Shown in pieces: positions 27,473 to 37,065 of a stretch of DNA of 43,319 nt. This stretch comes from Devosia equisanguinis (GTDB lineage: Bacteria > Pseudomonadota > Alphaproteobacteria > Rhizobiales > Devosiaceae), in contig CAMDAL010000001.1 in the NCBI GenBank assembly GCA_945888565.1, positions 1 through 43,319 on the forward strand. The letters are read 5' to 3'. Each line of letters opens with the position of its first letter. Positions within the stretch are counted from its first letter, which is position 1. The notes beneath the pieces are model-generated. The model ran no database searches. It saw only the letters and a program-made list of their open reading frames with translations, and was not told the origin of the DNA. Made by a program: the position numbers and the translations under genes.

Positions 27473-29620
27473 ATGCCCCACAGCACCCCCCTGATCTCCA
27501 CGATCGTCGCGGGTCTGGTTCTAGCCTTTATCTTCGGGGCCATCGCCAATCGCTTCCGCATGCCGCCGCTGGTCGGCTACCTCATCGCCGGCGTGATGGT
27601 GGGACCGTATACGCCGGGCTTCGTCGCCGATGGGGACCTGGCGCTCGAACTGAGCGAAATCGGCGTCATCCTGCTGATGTTCGGCGTGGGGTTGCACTTC
27701 TCGCTGAAGGACCTGCTGAGTGTCCGCGCCCTCGCCATACCCGGCGCGCTGGCGCAGATCGGCGGCGCGACCCTGCTCGGCCTTGGCCTGGCACTGCTGC
27801 TCGGCTGGTCGGTCGGCGCGGGCCTGATATTCGGCCTGGCGCTGTCGGTGGCGTCCACGGTGGTGCTGCTGAAGGCGCTGCAGGACCGGCACATGGTCGA
27901 AAGCGAGAAGGGCAAGATCGCGGTCGGCTGGCTCATCGTCGAAGACATGGCGATGGTGCTGGCGCTGGTGCTGATCCCGGCGGTCGCCTCGGTCAACGGG
28001 GTGGAGGCGGCGACCCTGCACGATCCGTTCGTCGACTTCGTCGAGCGCTTCACCGGGCCGCTCGGCATTGTCGGGATCCTCGTGGTCACCATCGTCAAGC
28101 TCGCCGCCTTTGTCGGCTTCATGCTGGTGGTCGGCCGGCGGGTGATCCCGTTCGTGCTGCACTACACCGCCCATACCGGCAGCCGCGAACTGTTCCGGCT
28201 GGCCGTGCTCGCCATCGCGCTCGGGGTCGCGGCCGGCTCCGCCTACCTGTTCGGCGTGTCGCTGGCGCTCGGCGCATTCTTTGCGGGCATGATCCTTTCC
28301 GAAAGCGAACTGTCGCACCGGGCGGCGCAGGAGAGCCTGCCGCTGCGCGACGCGTTCGCGGTGCTGTTCTTCGTGTCAGTCGGTATGCTGTTCGACCCCA
28401 GCGTGCTGATTACCGATCCGCTGCCGGTGATCGCCACGGTGCTGATCATCGTGGTGGGCAAGTCGATCATCTCGTTCCTGATCGTGCTCGCCTTCCGGCA
28501 CCCGATCTCGACTGCGCTGACCATCTCGGCCAGCCTCGCGCAGATTGGCGAGTTCTCGTTCATTCTCGCGGCGCTGGGCGTCGGGCTTGGCATCCTGCCT
28601 CCCGAGGGGCGGGACCTGATCCTCGCCGGCGCGATCATCTCGATCGTGATCAATCCGCTGATCTTCATGCCGCTCGATGCGCTGAGGCCGCGGCTCGAGC
28701 GCAGGTTCGGGACCACTGTGCCGGCGTACACGGGCGCTGCCCCCCGCACCGAGCCGGGCTTCGCGCCCGCTTCGCCGGTGGTCGTCGAGCCAGCGGAGGA
28801 GGACGCGGAGGAACTGGCGCGCGCGACGGTCAAGACCGGGCATATCGTGCTGGTCGGCTATGGCCGGGTCGGCACCGTAATCGCCGATTCGCTGAAGGAG
28901 CGGCAGGCGAGCTTCGTCGTGGTCGAGGATGCGGAGTCACGGGTCGACGCGGCCCGGGCGAAAGGTTTCGAGGTAGTCGTCGGCAACGCTGCAGCGGTGT
29001 GGGTGCTGAACCTTGCCAATGTGGACATGGCTGCAACGGTGGTCGTCGCCATCCCCAACGCCTTCGAGGCTGGTCGGGCGGTCGAGCAGGCGCGCAAGTC
29101 CAACCCGAAGGCGCTGATCGTGGCGCGGGCCCATTCCGACCAGGAAGTGGGCCATCTCAAGACGCTCGGCGCCAATGTGGTGATCCTCGGTGAGCGCGAG
29201 ATCGCGCTCGGCATGGTCGATGTGGTCAACCGCGACTCGAGCGCCATCGCCGAGATCACCGCCGCCGACGCGGTGGCATCGGCGCTCGGCCCGCTGGCAG
29301 CGGCAGCGACCGAGCGGAAGCTCGCCGCCGATTCCAACCTGCTGGCCGAAGCGATCGGAGCGACCCATGTACAGCATGCCGATAGCGGTCCGGCAGAGCC
29401 GCCCTATGTGGTGTCGTCGCTGGGCGAGGAGCCCGATCCTGAGCCTGTGGCTGAGGTCGAGGTGGAAGCGGAGCAGCCGACGTCGGAACTGGTCGAGATG
29501 ACGCCGGAGCAGCGCCTGGCGCCGCTGGTTCCGTCGGGCCCGCGGCCGGCCCTGCCGGCCACCAGGCCGGGCGACCTGTTCAACCCTGAAGTGCCGCCGC
29601 CCGTGGAAGAGAAGGCCTGA
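27473..29620 (+). CDS. ybaL: CPA2-family cation/H+ antiporter YbaL/RosB with TrkA-N domain
   Basis: MPHSTPLISTIVAGL, EIGVILLMFGVGLHF, SVASTVV, LAQIGEFSF, VGYGRVG RCK domain; long acidic C-tail. Confidence 0.9.
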   Translation: MPHSTPLISTIVAGLVLAFIFGAIANRFRMPPLVGYLIAGVMVGPYTPGFVADGDLALELSEIGVILLMFGVGLHFSLKDLLSVRALAIPGALAQIGGATLLGLGLALLLGWSVGAGLIFGLALSVASTVVLLKALQDRHMVESEKGKIAVGWLIVEDMAMVLALVLIPAVASVNGVEAATLHDPFVDFVERFTGPLGIVGILVVTIVKLAAFVGFMLVVGRRVIPFVLHYTAHTGSRELFRLAVLAIALGVAAGSAYLFGVSLALGAFFAGMILSESELSHRAAQESLPLRDAFAVLFFVSVGMLFDPSVLITDPLPVIATVLIIVVGKSIISFLIVLAFRHPISTALTISASLAQIGEFSFILAALGVGLGILPPEGRDLILAGAIISIVINPLIFMPLDALRPRLERRFGTTVPAYTGAAPRTEPGFAPASPVVVEPAEEDAEELARATVKTGHIVLVGYGRVGTVIADSLKERQASFVVVEDAESRVDAARAKGFEVVVGNAAAVWVLNLANVDMAATVVVAIPNAFEAGRAVEQARKSNPKALIVARAHSDQEVGHLKTLGANVVILGEREIALGMVDVVNRDSSAIAEITAADAVASALGPLAAAATERKLAADSNLLAEAIGATHVQHADSGPAEPPYVVSSLGEEPDPEPVAEVEVEAEQPTSELVEMTPEQRLAPLVPSGPRPALPATRPGDLFNPEVPPPVEEKA

Positions 29621-29719
29621 CCGGTTAACCCGCCTTGCCGATTGGCGTGGCGGGCGCGCGGCAGCCGTCCTATAGCTCAGTGAAGACGGGGTGATCGTGC
29701 GCCCCGAGTGCCTCGACCG

Positions 29720-30157
29720 ATGATTTCGCAAAAAGCCAAATATGCGCTCCGGGCCCTCGTGGCGCTCTGCCGGGTCCCGCCGAGTGAATCGCTGATGATC
29801 TCGGAGATTTCGCGCGAGCAGGCGATCCCCAAGAAGTTCCTCGAGCAGATTCTGCTGGAGCTGAAGCGGGCCGGCATCGTGATGAGCCGTCGCGGCCGCC
29901 TCGGCGGCTATGTGCTGCTGCGCTCGCCTGACCAGGTGACCTTCGGCGAGGTGCTGCGGCTGATCGACGGGCCGATCGCGCCGTTGCCGTGTCTTTCGAA
30001 GATCGCCTATCGCCGCTGCACCGATTGCGCCGACGAGGGCACCTGCGAAATCCGCCACGTGTTCGCCCGTGTCACGCTGGCCACCCGCGAGGTGCTCGAC
30101 ACCACCACGCTGGCCGACGCCGTGAAGAGCCGCACCGAGGACGTGCTGCTGGCCTGA
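29720..30157 (+). CDS. Rrf2-family transcriptional regulator
   Basis: MISQKAKYALRAL, KFLEQIL, SRRGRLGGY, Cys cluster C..C..C..C (possible Fe-S ligands). Confidence 0.92.
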   Translation: MISQKAKYALRALVALCRVPPSESLMISEISREQAIPKKFLEQILLELKRAGIVMSRRGRLGGYVLLRSPDQVTFGEVLRLIDGPIAPLPCLSKIAYRRCTDCADEGTCEIRHVFARVTLATREVLDTTTLADAVKSRTEDVLLA

Positions 30158-30170
30158 GGCTGCCGATGTT

Positions 30171-30323
30171 GGGCGCCCCCTCCACCACGCATCTTGCGAT
30201 GCGCGGTCCCCCTCCCCCGCGGCTTCGCCGCAGTGGAGGAGCACTTGAACCGCAGCGCCCTCAAAGGCGGCAAACACAAGCGTCGAGGGGCTCCTCAACC
30301 GCTTCACCGGGGGAGGGGCGCCC
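30171..30323. repeat. Composite REP-like GC-rich palindromic element
   Basis: Terminal inverted repeat GGGCGCCCC/GGGGCGCCC; internal CCCCCTCCACC...GCGGTCCCCCTCCCC...GGAGG hairpins of alphaproteobacterial REP type. Confidence 0.6.
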
Positions 30324-30341
30324 GGCCTCATCAGGTTGTCC

Positions 30342-33300
30342 TCAGTGGAAGTTGCGGCCGCGGGGGAGGGCGGCGCGGGCCTGGCGCTGCAGCATGTCCT
30401 GGCGCTGCCGTTCGGTGTCGTCGCGGGGATGCGGTGGGCCAGATTTGCCTTCGTCGGGCCGCATCAGCATCTGGTCGCCGAGGTCGATGCCCTGCGCGAT
30501 CTCGATGAGCCGGGGGGTGAGGTCGTAGAAGTCGTGCGCGATGATGTGCACCACCAGCCCCTCGCGCTGCAGCTTGCCGCGGACCGCCATGACGCGTGAG
30601 CCGAGCACCACCTTGCGATGCTTCTGGAAGGTTTTCGGCCAGACGATGATGTTGGCGACGCCCGTCTCATCCTCCAGCGTCGCGAAGATGACGCCCGAGG
30701 CGGTGCCGGGCTGCTGGCGCACCAGCACCAGTCCGGCCACTTCGACCCAGGCGCCGTCGCGCTGGTCGATCAGGTCGGCGCAGCGCACTGCGCGGCGGCG
30801 GTCGAGTTCGGCGCGCATGAAGCTCAGCGGATGGCCCTTCAGCGACAGCGTCATGGTGCGGTAGTCGTGTACTACGCCTTCGCCTGCCGGCATCAGCGGC
30901 AGGTCGCCCTGCGCGTCGTCGGCCTGGGGCGGGCGCTCGCCGGTGGAGAACAGCGGCAAGCGTTCCGCTCCGGCCGTGCCGCGCAGTCCGCGGACCGTCC
31001 ACAGCGCCTCGCGCCGGCTGAGCCCAAGCGAGCCGAAGGCGTCGGCCTCGGCCAGTTTCTCCAGCGTCTCGACCGGAATGCCGGTGCGGAGCCACAGGTC
31101 GCGGATCGAGGCATAGCCGGTGCCGCGCCGCGCGACGATGAGGTTGGCATGCGCTTCCCTCAGCCCGGTGACCTGCTTGAAGCCGAGGCGGATGGCGCGG
31201 TTGGACCAGATGTCGTCGCGCATTTCGGCATGCTGCTTGCGGAGCCGGTCGCGGGCGGGAACCCCGTCCTCGAGCACATGGATGGTGTCGGAGCGGTTGA
31301 TGTCGACGTCGCGCACCTCGACCCCGTGCTCGATGGCATCGCGGACGATCTGCGCCGGGGCGTAGAACCCCATCGGCTGGCTGTTGAGCAGGGCGCAGGC
31401 GAACACATCGGGGTAGTGGCACTTGAACCAGCACGAGGCATAGACGAGGAGCGCGAAGCTCGCCGCGTGGCTTTCGGGAAAGCCGTATTCGCCGAACCCC
31501 TGGATCTGGGCGAAGCAGCGCTTGGCAAAATCCTCGGTGTAACCGTTGCGGATCATGCCGGAGATGAACTCCTCGCCGAACTGGGCGAGCTTGCCGCTCC
31601 GCTTCCAGGCCGCCATGGCGCGGCGCAACTGGTCGGCCTTGCCGGGGGAGAAGCCGGCGCCTTCGATGGCCATCTGCATGGCCTGTTCCTGGAACAGTGG
31701 CACGCCGAGGGTGCGCTTCAGCACGGCGGTGAGTTTTTCGCCCATGGGTTCCACCTCCTCCAGACCCTGCCGGCGGCGCAGGTAGGGATGCACCATGCCG
31801 CCCTGGATCGGGCCGGGACGGACGATCGCCACCTCGATGACGAGGTCGTAGAACTCCACCGGCCTCAGCCGCGGCAGCATCGACATCTGCGCCCGGCTCT
31901 CGATCTGGAACACCCCGATGGTGTCGGCGCGGTGCGTCATGCGGTAGACCGGCGCCCGGACCTCGGGCTCGGATTCCTCGGCCATCAGGTCGGCGAGCTC
32001 CAGGTCGCGGCCGTAATGCTGGTGCAGCAGTTCGAAGGAGCGGCGCAGGCAGCTCAGCATGCCGAGCGCCAGGATATCGACCTTGAGGATCCCCAGCGCG
32101 TCGATATCGTCCTTGTCCCACTCGACGATGGTGCGGCTGTCCATCGCGGTCTTGCCGATCGGCACCAGGCTTTCGAGCGAGTCGCGGGTGATGACGAAGC
32201 CGCCGACATGCTGGCTGAGATGGCGCGGAAAGCCCTTGAGCACGCTCACCACGTCGAACAACTGGGCCAGCGTCGGATCGTCCGGATCGAGCCCGGCGAT
32301 GCGGATGCCGCTGAGGTCGGCGGCATGGCCCCAGCCCCAGTGCAGCTGGTTGATGGCGGCGATGGTGTCGTCGGAGAGCCCGAAAACCTTGGCGGTTTCG
32401 CGCACGGCGCTCCGCGAGCGGTAGGAGATCACCGTGGCGGTGAGCCCGGTGCGGTGCCCGCCATACTTCTGGTAGACATACTGCATCACCTCCTCGCGGC
32501 GCTCGTGCTCGAAATCGACGTCGATGTCGGGCGGCTCGTTGCGCTCGGTGGAGAGGAAGCGGCCGAACACCAGGTTGACCTTGGAGGGGTCCACCTCGGT
32601 GATGCCGAGGCAGTAGCAGACGGCGGAGTTGGCGGCCGAGCCGCGCCCCTGGCAGAGGATGCCCCGGTCCTCCCGGGCATAGCGGACGATGTCCTGCACG
32701 GTGAGGAAGTAGGAGGCGTATTTCAGCTGTTCGATCAGCGCGATCTCGGAGTGGAGCGCCGCCACGACCTTGTCCGGTGTGCCAGCCGGGTAGCGCTTCC
32801 GGGCGCCTTCCCAGGTGAGGCGCACCAGCGTTTCCTGCGCAGTCTCGCCATTGCCGATGGTTTCGACAGGGTAGTTGTAGCGCAGCTGGTCGAGCGAAAA
32901 GCCGATGCGGCCGAGCACCACCTGCGTTTCTTCGAGCGCCTCGGGGTGGTCGGCGAAGAGGCGGGCCATTTCGTCGGGCTGCTTGAGGTGACGCTCGGCG
33001 TTCTGCTCCAGCCGGCGGCCGGCGGTTTCGAGCGTCAGGTGCTGGCGGATGCAGGTGACGACATCCTGCACGATGCGGCGGCCGGGCTCGTGGTAAAGCA
33101 CGTCGTTGACGGCGAGCAGCGGTACACCGGTAACTGCCGCGGTATGGGCGAGGCGGTTGAGCCGGGCGCGGTCATTGCCCTTGAATGTCGGCGCGGCGGC
33201 GAGCCAGACATTGCCGGGCGCGATGGCGGCGAGCTGATGGAGGTAGTCCGTCGAGACCGGCCAGCGGCTCTCGTCGAGGTGGAAGACGAAGAGCTGGCCC

Positions 33301-33680
33301 TCGGCGAACTCCTCGAGGTCGTCGAACAGCACGACCGGGTTACCCTTTTCGCTCTCCTCCCGCAGATTGGCGCGGCTGAGCAGGCGGCAGAGCCGGCCAT
33401 AGGCCTCGCGGTCCGACGGGTAGGCGAGGATGTCGGGCGCGCCATCGGCAAAGACGAGGCGGACGCCGACGACATAGCGGAAATCCGGGTGCTGCTCGCG
33501 CATGTCGCGATGGGCGACATAGCCGCGGACGACGCCGGCAAAGGTGTTGCGATCGGCAAGGCCGATGCCGCTGAGCCCCAGCGCCATGGCGGCCGCGACC
33601 AGTTCCTCCGGGTGAGAGCCGGAGCGGAGAAAGGAGAAATTGCTGCTCGCCATCAGCTCGGCATAGGCAGGACGGCTCAT
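30342..33680 (-). CDS. dnaE2: Error-prone DNA polymerase DnaE2 (ImuC)
   Basis: YAEL..SNFSFL, QGRGSAANS, PDIDVDFEH, GFPESHAASF, C-terminal GRNFH motif. Confidence 0.96.
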   Translation of the reverse strand: MSRPAYAELMASSNFSFLRSGSHPEELVAAAMALGLSGIGLADRNTFAGVVRGYVAHRDMREQHPDFRYVVGVRLVFADGAPDILAYPSDREAYGRLCRLLSRANLREESEKGNPVVLFDDLEEFAEGQLFVFHLDESRWPVSTDYLHQLAAIAPGNVWLAAAPTFKGNDRARLNRLAHTAAVTGVPLLAVNDVLYHEPGRRIVQDVVTCIRQHLTLETAGRRLEQNAERHLKQPDEMARLFADHPEALEETQVVLGRIGFSLDQLRYNYPVETIGNGETAQETLVRLTWEGARKRYPAGTPDKVVAALHSEIALIEQLKYASYFLTVQDIVRYAREDRGILCQGRGSAANSAVCYCLGITEVDPSKVNLVFGRFLSTERNEPPDIDVDFEHERREEVMQYVYQKYGGHRTGLTATVISYRSRSAVRETAKVFGLSDDTIAAINQLHWGWGHAADLSGIRIAGLDPDDPTLAQLFDVVSVLKGFPRHLSQHVGGFVITRDSLESLVPIGKTAMDSRTIVEWDKDDIDALGILKVDILALGMLSCLRRSFELLHQHYGRDLELADLMAEESEPEVRAPVYRMTHRADTIGVFQIESRAQMSMLPRLRPVEFYDLVIEVAIVRPGPIQGGMVHPYLRRRQGLEEVEPMGEKLTAVLKRTLGVPLFQEQAMQMAIEGAGFSPGKADQLRRAMAAWKRSGKLAQFGEEFISGMIRNGYTEDFAKRCFAQIQGFGEYGFPESHAASFALLVYASCWFKCHYPDVFACALLNSQPMGFYAPAQIVRDAIEHGVEVRDVDINRSDTIHVLEDGVPARDRLRKQHAEMRDDIWSNRAIRLGFKQVTGLREAHANLIVARRGTGYASIRDLWLRTGIPVETLEKLAEADAFGSLGLSRREALWTVRGLRGTAGAERLPLFSTGERPPQADDAQGDLPLMPAGEGVVHDYRTMTLSLKGHPLSFMRAELDRRRAVRCADLIDQRDGAWVEVAGLVLVRQQPGTASGVIFATLEDETGVANIIVWPKTFQKHRKVVLGSRVMAVRGKLQREGLVVHIIAHDFYDLTPRLIEIAQGIDLGDQMLMRPDEGKSGPPHPRDDTERQRQDMLQRQARAALPRGRNFH

Positions 33681-35395
33681 GCGAAAAAGCCGTGCAGGTA
33701 CCAGCTGGGCGGGCTCGCGGCGCCATAAAGGCCGACGCGGAACACCCAGAAGCGGCGGCCGCCCTCATCCTCGACGACGTAGTAATCGCGCACCGTGGTT
33801 TCGGAATCGAAGCTTTCGAGCGTGCTGACATGCGGCGTGACAAGTTCGCGCTTCACCGATTTCTTCGTCGGATCGTGGTGGTCCTGCGGCTGGAGTTCGG
33901 CCTCACCCACCTTGGGCGGGGTGAGGAAGCCGAGCTTGCGGCCGGTCCGCCACCACTCGGCCTCGATGCGCTCCGGGCCGGAGGCCTTCAGCACGCGGTA
34001 GGAGACGCGCCGCCACACCATGCGCAGCGGCGGGCCGTGCGGCACCTCGGCGATCACTTCGACCGGCTCGGGGGTGGGCAGCAGGCGGAGCGGGCGCAGC
34101 GGCGGGTTCAGCAGGGCGTTGGGATCATCGGGAGTGCGGGCGATCACCGGCTCGAGCCTGACCGCGCGCTCGGGGATGTGGGTATCGACGGGCTTGCTCC
34201 GCACCACGGCGAGCGGGCCGAGGCGGCTGGTCATCCGGTCGTAGAGGCGGGCCAGGTCCTCGGCGCCATCGTCGATCTCGAAGGCGCCCACCTGCACGTC
34301 GGGGGTAGGGGAGAGCGAGCCTGCCGCCAGCCGGATCATGTCGATGCCGAAGCCGGCGTCGTATTCGCCTTCGAGCCGCTCGGAGCGGTGGACGAAGAGC
34401 TGGGCGATGTGGCCCGGGTCGCGGGTGGCGCGCCTGGCATTGACCGACAGGGTCATCACCTTGTGGTCGACCCGGTAGAGGAACAGGTGAAAGCTCTGGG
34501 CGCCGAGCGCTTGTGTCCCCAGCCGCACGCCGAGCTGGATGGCGAGGTCGCGCACCGTCATCAGCACATCGTCGAGATAGCCGATCGGCTCGGCGAAGCG
34601 GCGCTCGGCATGATGCTCGGCGATGGGAATGCGCGGGGTGACGCGCTCCTCGATGCCGCCCAGCGCCTGGTCCAGCCGGAGGATCAGCGTGGCGCCGAAG
34701 CGGGCCTGCAGCGCCTTGCGGTCGCGGCCAGCAAGCTGGCCGATGGTTTTCAGCCCCATCTGGTTGAGGCCCCCGACCTGGGCTTCGCTGAGCCGCAGGG
34801 CGTTGACGGGCAGGTGGGCGAGGCTGGCTTCGAGTTCGGCTTCGGGCACGATGCGGCCGGGGTCGAAATGGGCGAATGCCCACGCCGCTCCCACCGTGTC
34901 GGCGATCGCGCCGTGGGTGGAATAGCCGAGCGTGCGCAGCCGGTCGGTGAGGGTCGCGAGCATGCGCTCCTCGCCGCCGAACAGGTGGGCGACGCCGGTG
35001 ATGTCGAGGATCAGGTCGCCGTATGGCACCATAGCATCGTGCACGGCGACGATGGGGCTGGCGTTCGAGTGCCAGTCGGCAAATTCGGAGAACACATGCG
35101 CGGTGAAATCGGGGTCGTGCTCGTGCACCAGCAGGCCGGGGACCAGCGCGCGCGCATCGGTGATGTTCTGCCCGACCGAAAGACCAGCGCGGCTCGCGGC
35201 GAGATCGAGCGCGGCGATCCTCATGCCGCCCTTGAGCTTCTCCCACAGCACCAGCGGGCGGTCGCGGGGGATGGACGGGTCAGCTCGCCTGAGACAGTCG
35301 GTCGCCCAGCGCGGCAGGCTGAGGGCGAGATGGCGACGCCGGTCGGCGAAGCGGAGCGAGGGGACGCTTGAGGGGATCGACTGAAACGAAGCCAT
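33677..35395 (-). CDS. imuB: Inactive Y-family polymerase ImuB
   Basis: LILDITGVAHLFGGE, IADTVGAAWA, GPERIEAEWW, RDYY, WYLHGFFA; ATGA overlap with dnaE2; start uncertain. Confidence 0.92.
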   Translation of the reverse strand: MASFQSIPSSVPSLRFADRRRHLALSLPRWATDCLRRADPSIPRDRPLVLWEKLKGGMRIAALDLAASRAGLSVGQNITDARALVPGLLVHEHDPDFTAHVFSEFADWHSNASPIVAVHDAMVPYGDLILDITGVAHLFGGEERMLATLTDRLRTLGYSTHGAIADTVGAAWAFAHFDPGRIVPEAELEASLAHLPVNALRLSEAQVGGLNQMGLKTIGQLAGRDRKALQARFGATLILRLDQALGGIEERVTPRIPIAEHHAERRFAEPIGYLDDVLMTVRDLAIQLGVRLGTQALGAQSFHLFLYRVDHKVMTLSVNARRATRDPGHIAQLFVHRSERLEGEYDAGFGIDMIRLAAGSLSPTPDVQVGAFEIDDGAEDLARLYDRMTSRLGPLAVVRSKPVDTHIPERAVRLEPVIARTPDDPNALLNPPLRPLRLLPTPEPVEVIAEVPHGPPLRMVWRRVSYRVLKASGPERIEAEWWRTGRKLGFLTPPKVGEAELQPQDHHDPTKKSVKRELVTPHVSTLESFDSETTVRDYYVVEDEGGRRFWVFRVGLYGAASPPSWYLHGFFA

Positions 35396-36113
35396 TTTCT
35401 GTCCAGTCCACAGTCAGGTGATGCTGTTCGGTCTGCCGGGCCTCCCCCAGCCGGAGCTTTTCTATCTCGATGGTGAAACGCGGCTGGCCCGGAGCGCTCG
35501 CATCGAAGGGCTGGCCGGCGCTCACCCCTGGCTTGACGTGCCATCGGAGCCGGGCGGCGCTTGCTTCGCGCCCGGTGCCGTAGCGGATGAGGAAGGCCGA
35601 GGTGCCCGCGGCGGCGGCGCGCATCGAGATGCGGCGCGACGCGGTGAAATCTAGCGCCTTGGGGTGGCTGGCGAGATCGACGATCACCCCGGCGACAGCG
35701 CGGCAGGCGAGCGATTCCTCCAGCGCCCAGAGCAGTTCAGGGACGGTGCCGATACGGCCGATCACCAGCGTGTCGGGTGTTAGGCCGAAGCGCGAAAAGC
35801 CGATGCCGTAGGGCAGGCCGATCTCCTGCGCCTCGGCGCTCAGCTGCAGGTAGATCAGCGCCTGCCGATTCTGGGTGAGCAGCGCGCGGGCCAGCCCGAG
35901 GGTGAAGCCGAGCGCCGTGCCCGATTGCCGATGTTCGTCGGCAAAGACTTCGTGCAGCAGGCCGGGTGGCGCCTTCAGCAGGCCAAGCAGGTCGTTCTCT
36001 TCGCCTTGTCGGCCCTGGGCGACGAGCGCAGCACCATCCGCCAGCACCGGTCGCCTTTCGAGGGCGGCGATCTGGGCGCGGAGCCCGTCGAGATCGGGTT
36101 TTGGACGGGGCAT
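35280..36113 (-). CDS. imuA: RecA-like mutasome accessory protein ImuA
   Basis: LRAQIAALE, GLLHEV, LWALEE, LDFTASRR, SAARLRW; first gene of the imuABC cassette. Confidence 0.88.
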   Translation of the reverse strand: MPRPKPDLDGLRAQIAALERRPVLADGAALVAQGRQGEENDLLGLLKAPPGLLHEVFADEHRQSGTALGFTLGLARALLTQNRQALIYLQLSAEAQEIGLPYGIGFSRFGLTPDTLVIGRIGTVPELLWALEESLACRAVAGVIVDLASHPKALDFTASRRISMRAAAAGTSAFLIRYGTGREASAARLRWHVKPGVSAGQPFDASAPGQPRFTIEIEKLRLGEARQTEQHHLTVDWTENGFVSVDPLKRPLAPLRRPASPSRPQPAALGDRLSQAS

Positions 36114-36152
36114 GGCGGGTACTCGGCAGGCAACGGAAGGTGTCAGGGTTGA

Positions 36153-36167
36153 GAACAAATAAAGAAC
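36153..36167 (-). promoter_or_regulatory. Alphaproteobacterial LexA (SOS) box
   Basis: GAAC-AAATAAA-GAAC (GTTC-N7-GTTC on the minus strand), 40 bp upstream of imuA and downstream of a TTGACT -35 (36186-36191). Confidence 0.9.
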
Positions 36168-36285
36168 ACACGAGTCAGGTTGCAGAGTCAACCTGAGAAT
36201 CTTTTCCTGCCCGGCGCGACGATCAGGGCCCTTTCGCGTTTGCCCTGCTGCACCTATCTTTGAGCTTCAACCCCGAGGTCACCGC

Positions 36286-36717
36286 ATGTTCGAAGCGCTG
36301 CGTTCCATCTTCCAGAGGCCCGATGCGACGCTGCTGTCGATGGAGCCGAAACTGGCGACGGCGGCGCTGCTCGTCCACCTTGCCGCTATCGACGGCACCG
36401 TCAGCACTGCCGAGCGCTCGGCGCTGCGCGGCACGCTGATGGATTACTACAGCCTCAGCGAAGCCGAGGTGGACCGGCTCATTGCCGAGGCGACCCGGCG
36501 CGACCAGGAATCGGTGGATTTCTACCGCTTCACCTCGGCGCTCTCCTCGCTCGACGACAGCGAAAAGCTCGAGATCATCCGGATGATGTGGCAGGTGGTG
36601 TTTGCCGACAGGCAGAACCACGAGCTCGAGGACAACATGGTGTGGCGGATCGCCGAGCTGATCGGCGTTTCCGCCCGCGACCGGACGGTGTTGCGAACCC
36701 AGATGGCGAGGAGCTGA
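36286..36717 (+). CDS. TerB-family (tellurite-resistance-like) protein
   Basis: [41 protein letters not shown]. Confidence 0.85.
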   Translation: MFEALRSIFQRPDATLLSMEPKLATAALLVHLAAIDGTVSTAERSALRGTLMDYYSLSEAEVDRLIAEATRRDQESVDFYRFTSALSSLDDSEKLEIIRMMWQVVFADRQNHELEDNMVWRIAELIGVSARDRTVLRTQMARS

Positions 36718-36719
36718 GC

Positions 36720-37040
36720 ATGGTGATCATTTCGACCACGCCGACCCTCGAAGGCCGGCCGATCCGCGACTACCTCGGTATCGTCACCGGCGAGGTGATT
36801 GTCGGCGCCAACATCTTCAAGGACCTGTTCGCCGGCATCCGCGACATCGTCGGCGGCCGCGCCGGAGCCTATGAGGGCGCGCTGCGCGATGCCCGCCGCC
36901 AGGCATTCGAGGAACTGCGCTACGAAGCCGAGCGTGTCGGCGCCGATGCGGTGGTAGCGGTCGATATCGACTACGAGGTGGTCGGCGCCAACGGCTCGAT
37001 GCTGATGGTGTCGGTGTCGGGCACGGCGGTGAAGCTGTAG
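36720..37040 (+). CDS. YbjQ/UPF0145 family protein
   Basis: [41 protein letters not shown]. Confidence 0.9.
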   Translation: MVIISTTPTLEGRPIRDYLGIVTGEVIVGANIFKDLFAGIRDIVGGRAGAYEGALRDARRQAFEELRYEAERVGADAVVAVDIDYEVVGANGSMLMVSVSGTAVKL

Positions 37041-37065
37041 GGCCCGGATCACCGCTCCCCGGGGA

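Noticed and set aside
30618-35371. 1036-aa and 559-aa plus-strand ORFs
   Set aside because: Antisense shadows of dnaE2 and imuB.
35280-35395. 116-bp imuA/imuB overlap
   Set aside because: Such overlaps are common in imuABC cassettes and the imuB start is uncertain; not novel.
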